A stretch of 64,000 nt of DNA from Escherichia phage HP3. The notes below the pieces were generated by a model. That model had not been told where the DNA came from and searched no databases. It saw only the letters and a program-made list of their open reading frames with translations. Positions 58,141-64,000 of this stretch are shown here, one piece after another. Each line of letters begins with the position of its first letter. Position 1 is the stretch's first letter. The translations under genes and the position numbers were made by a program. Where the stretch lies: sequence record NC_041919.1, one strand, 5' to 3'.

Positions 58141-59958
58141 ATGATTAAGAATGAAATTAAAATTCTGAGCGATATTGAACATATCAAAAAGCGTAGCGGC
58201 ATGTATATTGGCTCTTCTGCTAATGAAATGCATGAGCGCTTTCTGTTTGGTAAATGGGAAAGTGTTCAGTATGTACCTGGTCTTGTTAAGCTTATTGATG
58301 AAATTATCGATAACTCAGTAGATGAAGGTATTCGTACTAAGTTTAAATTCGCAAATAAAATTAATGTTACTATTAAAAACAATCAAGTAACAGTTGAAGA
58401 TAACGGTCGCGGTATTCCACAAGCGATGGTCAAAACACCTACCGGTGAAGAAATTCCTGGTCCTGTTGCTGCATGGACTATTCCAAAAGCAGGTGGTAAC
58501 TTTGGTGATGATAAAGAACGTGTCACCGGTGGTATGAATGGTGTTGGTTCTAGTTTGACAAACATTTTTTCTGTGATGTTTGTCGGTGAAACTGGTGATG
58601 GTCAAAATAATATTGTAGTTCGTTGTTCAAATGGCATGGAAAATAAATCATGGGAAGATATTCCTGGAAAATGGAAAGGAACTCGTGTTACTTTCATTCC
58701 TGATTTTATGTCATTTGAAACTAATGAGCTGTCTCAGGTTTATCTTGACATTACACTGGACCGTCTCCAGACACTCGCAGTAGTTTATCCTGATATTCAA
58801 TTTACCTTTAATGGTAAAAAGGTTCAGGGCAATTTTAAGAAATATGCACGCCAATATGATGAGCATGCTATTGTTCAAGAACAAGAAAATTGTTCTATTG
58901 CGGTTGGTCGTTCACCGGATGGTTTTCGTCAATTAACATACGTTAATAACATTCATACTAAGAATGGTGGCCATCACATTGACTGTGTTATGGATGATAT
59001 TTGTGAAGACCTTATTCCACAAATCAAACGTAAGTTCAAAATTGATGTGACTAAAGCACGCGTTAAAGAATGTTTGACTATCGTTATGTTTGTCCGTGAT
59101 ATGAAAAACATGCGATTTGATTCTCAAACTAAAGAGCGTTTGACTTCTCCATTTGGTGAAATCCGTAGTCATATTCAACTTGATGCTAAAAAGATTTCAC
59201 GTGCTATTCTAAATAATGAAGCAATTCTAATGCCGATTATTGAAGCTGCTTTGGCTCGTAAATTGGCGGCAGAAAAAGCAGCAGAAACTAAAGCAGCTAA
59301 AAAGGCTTCTAAAGCTAAGGTTCATAAACATATCAAAGCGAATCTTTGTGGTAAAGATGCTGACACTACTCTTTTCTTGACTGAGGGTGATTCGGCTATC
59401 GGATATCTTATTGATGTTCGTGATAAAGAACTTCATGGTGGTTATCCATTGCGCGGTAAAGTTCTCAACAGTTGGGGTATGTCATATGCTGATATGCTTA
59501 AAAACAAAGAATTGTTTGATATTTGCGCAATCACTGGATTAGTTCTCGGTGAAAAAGCTGAAAACTTGAATTATCATAATATCGCTATTATGACTGATGC
59601 TGACCATGATGGTCTAGGAAGCATTTATCCTTCTCTGCTCGGGTTTTTTAGTAATTGGCCAGAACTGTTTGAGCAAGGAAGAATTCGTTTTGTCAAAACT
59701 CCTGTAATCATCGCTCAGGTCGGTAAAAAACAAGAATGGTTTTATACAGTCGCTGAATATGAGAGTGCTAAAGATGCTCTACCTAAACATAGCATCCGTT
59801 ATATTAAAGGACTTGGCTCTTTGGAAAAATCTGAATATCGTGAGATGATTCAAAATCCAGTATATGATGTTGTTAAACTTCCTGAGAACTGGAAAGAGCT
59901 TTTTGAAATGCTCATGGGAGATAATGCTGACCTTCGTAAAGAATGGATGAGCCAGTAG
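58141..59958 (+). CDS. 39: topoisomerase II ATPase subunit, single continuous ORF (605 aa)
   Basis: GHKL ATPase motifs (EIIDNSVDE, DNGRGIP, GGMNGVGSS); 605 aa without interruption. Confidence 0.93.
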   Translation: MIKNEIKILSDIEHIKKRSGMYIGSSANEMHERFLFGKWESVQYVPGLVKLIDEIIDNSVDEGIRTKFKFANKINVTIKNNQVTVEDNGRGIPQAMVKTPTGEEIPGPVAAWTIPKAGGNFGDDKERVTGGMNGVGSSLTNIFSVMFVGETGDGQNNIVVRCSNGMENKSWEDIPGKWKGTRVTFIPDFMSFETNELSQVYLDITLDRLQTLAVVYPDIQFTFNGKKVQGNFKKYARQYDEHAIVQEQENCSIAVGRSPDGFRQLTYVNNIHTKNGGHHIDCVMDDICEDLIPQIKRKFKIDVTKARVKECLTIVMFVRDMKNMRFDSQTKERLTSPFGEIRSHIQLDAKKISRAILNNEAILMPIIEAALARKLAAEKAAETKAAKKASKAKVHKHIKANLCGKDADTTLFLTEGDSAIGYLIDVRDKELHGGYPLRGKVLNSWGMSYADMLKNKELFDICAITGLVLGEKAENLNYHNIAIMTDADHDGLGSIYPSLLGFFSNWPELFEQGRIRFVKTPVIIAQVGKKQEWFYTVAEYESAKDALPKHSIRYIKGLGSLEKSEYREMIQNPVYDVVKLPENWKELFEMLMGDNADLRKEWMSQ

Positions 59959-59987
59959 TTTACTTTACCACAAGGATGTGGTATAAT
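59958..59987 (+). promoter_or_regulatory. T4-type early promoter (duplicate of 13721-13750)
   Basis: GTTTAC 59958-59963 overlapping gene 39 stop, TATAAT 59982-59987. Confidence 0.6.
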
Positions 59988-60012
59988 TAATTGGGCAAAT
60001 GAGGATATTGAA

Positions 60013-60216
60013 ATGAAATCATATAAAGTAAATTTAGAACTTTTTGATAAAGCAGTTCATCGAGAATATAGAATCATTCAACGCTTTTTCGATATGGGAG
60101 AAGCCGAAGAATTTAAAAACCGCTTTAAAGATATTAGAGATAAAATTCAATCCGACACTGCAACTAAAGATGAATTACTAGAAGTTGCTGAAGTTATTAA
60201 GCGTAATATGAATTAA
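60013..60216 (+). CDS. hypothetical protein (67 aa)
   Basis: Track ORF with GAGGA SD. Confidence 0.5.
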   Translation: MKSYKVNLELFDKAVHREYRIIQRFFDMGEAEEFKNRFKDIRDKIQSDTATKDELLEVAEVIKRNMN

Positions 60217-60226
60217 TGAGGAAATT

Positions 60227-62404
60227 ATGATTATCACCACTGAAAAAGAAACAATTCTTGGCAATGGTTCTAAATCAAAAGCATTTAGCATCACAGCATC
60301 TCCTAAAGTATTTAAAATTCTGTCATCTGATTTGTATACAAACAAGATTCGTGCAGTAGTCCGTGAATTAATTACTAATATGATTGATGCCCATGCACTT
60401 AATGGAAATCCTGAAAAATTTATCATACAAGTTCCAGGACGATTAGATCCGCGATTTGTTTGTCGAGATTTTGGTCCGGGTATGAGTGATTTTGATATTC
60501 AGGGTGATGATAATTCTCCTGGGTTATATAATTCATACTTCAGTTCATCTAAGGCTGAATCTAATGACTTTATTGGCGGGTTTGGTTTAGGTTCTAAATC
60601 TCCGTTTAGTTATACTGATACATTTAGTATTACTTCGTATCATAAAGGTGAAATTCGTGGTTATGTAGCTTACATGGATGGTGATGGTCCACAGATTAAA
60701 CCTACATTCGTAAAAGAAATGGGTCCAGATGATAAAACTGGTATTGAAATCGTAGTTCCAGTTGAAGAAAAAGACTTTAGAAACTTTGCTTATGAAGTTT
60801 CTTATATCATGCGACCATTCAAAGATTTGGCTATCATTAATGGTCTTGACCGCGAAATTGATTATTTTCCGGATTTTGATGACTATTACGGTGTAAATCC
60901 AGAAAGATACTGGCCTGATCGTGGTGGATTATATGCTATCTATGGCGGTATTGTTTATCCTATCGATGGTGTTATTAGAGACCGTAACTGGCTAAGCATT
61001 CGCAATGAAGTGAATTACATTAAGTTTCCAATGGGTTCACTTGATATTGCTCCATCTCGCGAGGCTCTTTCACTGGATGATCGTACTCGTAAAAATATTA
61101 TTGAACGAGTTAAAGAACTCAGTGAGAAAGCATTTAATGAAGATGTAAAACGATTTAAAGAATCCACATCTCCCCGTCATACATATCGTGAATTGATGAA
61201 GATGGGATATTCTGCTCGAGATTATATGATTAGTAATTCAGTCAAATTTACGACTAAAAATCTGTCATATAAGAAGATGCAAAGCATGTTTGAACCTGAT
61301 AGTAAGTTATGCAATGCAGGAGTTGTGTATGAAGTAAATCTTGACCCTCGACTGAAGCGCATTAAGCAAAGTCATGAAACTTCAGCCGTTGCATCAAGTT
61401 ATCGTCTGTTTGGTATTAATGCAACAAAAATTAATATCGTTATTGATAATATTAAAAATCGTGTTAATATTGTCCGTGGATTAGCACATGCGTTAGATGA
61501 TAGTGAATTTAATAACACTTTGAATATTCATCACAACGAACGCCTTCTGTTTATTAATCCAGAAGTAGAATCGCAGATTGATTTGCTTCCTGATATTATG
61601 GCGATGTTTGAAAGTGATGAAGTTAACATTCATTATTTGTCAGAAATCGAAGCTTTAGTTAAAAGCTATATTCCAAAGGTAGTTAAAAGTAAAGCTCCTC
61701 GTCCTAAAGCTGCTACAGCATTTAAGTTTGAAATTAAAGACGGGCGCTGGGAAAAAGAGGAATTATTTACGCTCACATCAGAAGCAGATGAAATTACTGG
61801 GTATGTAGCGTATATGCATCGTTCTGATATTTTCTCTATGGATGGTACTACATCTCTTTGTCATCCATCTATGAATATTTTGATTCGTATGGCTAATCTT
61901 ATTGGCATTAATGAGTTTTATGTTATTCGTCCGCTTTTGCAGAAAAAGGTAAAAGAACTCGGTCAGTGCCAATGTATTTTTGAAACTCTGCGTGATTTAT
62001 ATGTAGATGCTTTTGATGATGTAGATTATGATAAGTACGTAGGTTATTCAAGTTCAGCTCAACGATATATTGATAAAATTATCAAGTATCCTGAACTAGA
62101 TTTTATGATGAAGTACTTCAGTACAGATGAAGTTTCTGAAGAATATACACGACTCGCTAATATAGTTAGTTCATTGCGCGGTGTATATTTTAATGGTGGA
62201 AAAGATACCATCGGTCATGACATCTGGACAGTAACTAATCTCTTTGATGAATTATCACGTAATGCTTCAAAAAATAGTGATAAAATGGTTGCTGAGTTTA
62301 CCAAGAAATTCCGTATTGTTTCCGACTTCATCGGTTATCGTAACTCTTTGAGTGATGATGAAGTTTCCCAAATCGCTAAAACTATGAAGGCCCTTGCGGC
62401 CTAA
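60227..62404 (+). CDS. rIIA: rIIA membrane-associated protein (725 aa)
   Basis: 725 aa; immediately upstream of 312-aa rIIB. Confidence 0.9.
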   Translation: MIITTEKETILGNGSKSKAFSITASPKVFKILSSDLYTNKIRAVVRELITNMIDAHALNGNPEKFIIQVPGRLDPRFVCRDFGPGMSDFDIQGDDNSPGLYNSYFSSSKAESNDFIGGFGLGSKSPFSYTDTFSITSYHKGEIRGYVAYMDGDGPQIKPTFVKEMGPDDKTGIEIVVPVEEKDFRNFAYEVSYIMRPFKDLAIINGLDREIDYFPDFDDYYGVNPERYWPDRGGLYAIYGGIVYPIDGVIRDRNWLSIRNEVNYIKFPMGSLDIAPSREALSLDDRTRKNIIERVKELSEKAFNEDVKRFKESTSPRHTYRELMKMGYSARDYMISNSVKFTTKNLSYKKMQSMFEPDSKLCNAGVVYEVNLDPRLKRIKQSHETSAVASSYRLFGINATKINIVIDNIKNRVNIVRGLAHALDDSEFNNTLNIHHNERLLFINPEVESQIDLLPDIMAMFESDEVNIHYLSEIEALVKSYIPKVVKSKAPRPKAATAFKFEIKDGRWEKEELFTLTSEADEITGYVAYMHRSDIFSMDGTTSLCHPSMNILIRMANLIGINEFYVIRPLLQKKVKELGQCQCIFETLRDLYVDAFDDVDYDKYVGYSSSAQRYIDKIIKYPELDFMMKYFSTDEVSEEYTRLANIVSSLRGVYFNGGKDTIGHDIWTVTNLFDELSRNASKNSDKMVAEFTKKFRIVSDFIGYRNSLSDDEVSQIAKTMKALAA

Positions 62405-62415
62405 TAAGGAAAATT

Positions 62416-63354
62416 ATGTACAATATTAAATGCCTGACCAAAAACGAACAAGCTGAAATTGTTAAGCTGTATTCAAGTGGTAATTACACCCAACAGGAAT
62501 TGGCTGATTGGCAAGGTGTATCGGTTGACACAATCCGTCGTGTTTTGAAAAATGCTGAAGAAGCTAAACGCTCTAAAGTTACTATTAGCGGTGATATTAC
62601 AGTTAAAGTTAATAGCGATGTAGCTATTGCTCCAGTTGCTAAATCTGACATTATTTGGAATGCATCTAAAAAATTCATTTCAATTACTGTTGACGGTGTA
62701 ACTTATAACGCAACTCCTAATACTCATTCAAACTTCCAGGAAATTCTTAATCTGCTTGTAGCGGATAAGTTGGAAGAAGCGGCACAAAAAATTAATGTTC
62801 GTCGCGCTGTTGAAAAATATATTTCTGGTGATGTTCGAATTGAAGGCGGAAGCTTGTTCTATCAAAATATCGAATTACGGTCTGGTCTGGTTGATCGTAT
62901 TCTCGATTCGATGGAAAAAGGTGAAAACTTTGAATTTTATTTTCCGTTCTTGGAAAATCTGCTGGAAAACCCAAGCCAAAAAGCGGTATCTCGACTCTTT
63001 GATTTCTTGGTAGCAAATGATATTGAAATTACAGAAGATGGTTACTTCTATGCTTGGAAAGTAGTTCGTGACAACTACTTTGACTGTCACTCAAACACCT
63101 TTGATAACAGTCCGGGTAAAGTAGTTAAAATGCCACGTACTCGTGTGAATGACGATGATACACAAACTTGTTCTCGTGGTCTGCATGTGTGTTCTAAATC
63201 TTATATTCGTCACTTTGGCAGTTCAACTAGTCGAGTTGTAAAAGTTAAAGTACATCCGCGTGATGTAGTATCAATTCCGATTGATTACAACGATGCTAAA
63301 ATGCGTACCTGCCAATACGAAGTAGTTGAAGACGTTACTGAACAATTTAAATAA
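62416..63354 (+). CDS. rIIB: rIIB protein (312 aa)
   Basis: 312 aa; synteny with rIIA. Confidence 0.9.
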   Translation: MYNIKCLTKNEQAEIVKLYSSGNYTQQELADWQGVSVDTIRRVLKNAEEAKRSKVTISGDITVKVNSDVAIAPVAKSDIIWNASKKFISITVDGVTYNATPNTHSNFQEILNLLVADKLEEAAQKINVRRAVEKYISGDVRIEGGSLFYQNIELRSGLVDRILDSMEKGENFEFYFPFLENLLENPSQKAVSRLFDFLVANDIEITEDGYFYAWKVVRDNYFDCHSNTFDNSPGKVVKMPRTRVNDDDTQTCSRGLHVCSKSYIRHFGSSTSRVVKVKVHPRDVVSIPIDYNDAKMRTCQYEVVEDVTEQFK

Positions 63355-63368
63355 GGGCTTCGGCCCTT
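63353..63368 (+). terminator. terminator hairpin
   Basis: AAGGGC-TTCG-GCCCTT. Confidence 0.55.
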
Positions 63369-63382
63369 AACTAAGGAAAATT

Positions 63383-63577
63383 ATGTTAGGTTATCAAGCA
63401 CGAGTAAAAGAAGAATACGATCAATTAATGCTCAAAATTAATGCACTGAGCAAATTTTTAGAAAGCGCAAAGTTTCTAACAGTTAATGCAGTTGAGCAAG
63501 AACTGTTACTTTCGCAGTTTATCTCAATGAAATCTTATGCTGAATGTCTAGAGAAAAGAATTGCACAATTCAAATAA
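63383..63577 (+). CDS. hypothetical protein (64 aa)
   Basis: Track ORF. Confidence 0.5.
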   Translation: MLGYQARVKEEYDQLMLKINALSKFLESAKFLTVNAVEQELLLSQFISMKSYAECLEKRIAQFK

Positions 63578-63580
63578 AAT

Positions 63581-63600
63581 AAGGGCTTCGGCCCTTTTGT
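63581..63600 (+). terminator. rho-independent terminator
   Basis: AAGGGC-TTCG-GCCCTT + TTGTTTT. Confidence 0.75.
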
Positions 63601-63663
63601 TTTAAGAGAAATTATGATTTATTATATGAATACTAGTGATTCAGACATAAAAGGAAAGTTTAA

Positions 63664-64000
63664 ATGCAGAAAACGAATCCGGGGTTACAGAGACTATTTC
63701 AGATTCCGACATTTACCCTATCGAACAGTGACTTGACTAGTGAAATGAAGGTCAAAATTGTTGATACTGCAAGATACTCTTTAAAACAAAACCCAAATCA
63801 GGATAAGGCAGAAGTTATCGAAAGATGCCGTATCGCTGTGTACGCAGAGTTTTTTGTAGCAGATTGGCTGAGCGGGTATGTTAACAAAGGTCAAGAAGAT
63901 GTCGATGATCCGTACACATATGCATGGGATGTATTGGCGCATCCAAGATACTGCGGGCTTCGTGTAGAAGTTAAGACACATCAAACTGACTCACGTTGGA
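63664..64000 (+). CDS. denB: probable endonuclease IV DenB, 5' partial (runs off window)
   Basis: ATG 63664 after AAGGAAAG SD; frame open to window end; position after rIIB as in T4. Confidence 0.5.
   Translation, partial: MQKTNPGLQRLFQIPTFTLSNSDLTSEMKVKIVDTARYSLKQNPNQDKAEVIERCRIAVYAEFFVADWLSGYVNKGQEDVDDPYTYAWDVLAHPRYCGLRVEVKTHQTDSRW

Overview
The window reads as a nearly co-linear block of the early/middle region of a T-even (T4-like) myovirus, in the opposite orientation to the usual T4 map. All identifications are from reading the track proteins and DNA by eye against remembered T4 biology; no search was run. Gene order on the + strand is: GrcA-like protein, regB, tk, rI, an ~11 kb accessory block, nrdC, gene 49, nrdD, an HNH endonuclease, nrdG, gene 55, a-gt, 47, 46, rpbA, 45, 44, 62, regA, 43, imm, 42, a glycosyltransferase, uvsX, 40, 41, dmd, sp, 61, dam, 56, soc, modB/modA, dda, dexA, a single-ORF gene 39, rIIA, rIIB and the start of a probable denB. 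Almost every gene is on the + strand; the one convincing exception is a small membrane-protein gene at 44770-44970. Differences from T4 itself: gene 39 is one continuous 605-codon ORF (no separate gene 60), nrdD has no intron, and the beta-gt position holds a different 282-aa DxD-motif glycosyltransferase. No tRNA, rRNA, CRISPR array or transposon was seen. Regulatory sequence is dense and modular: about 17 early-type promoters (GTTTAC, 18 nt, TAnnnT), several MotA-box middle promoters, two TATAAATA late promoters and about 14 hairpin terminators, many as near-identical repeated cassettes. The best candidates for an undescribed system are (1) a tight operon of two paralogous proteins, a multi-pass membrane protein and a nucleotidyltransferase, followed by a P-loop ATPase (6532-10340); (2) four tandem diverged paralogs with C-terminal coiled coils (11803-15762); and (3) a PD-(D/E)xK nuclease-like gene overlapping the start of dam, with the opposite-strand membrane-protein gene beside it (44770-46409).
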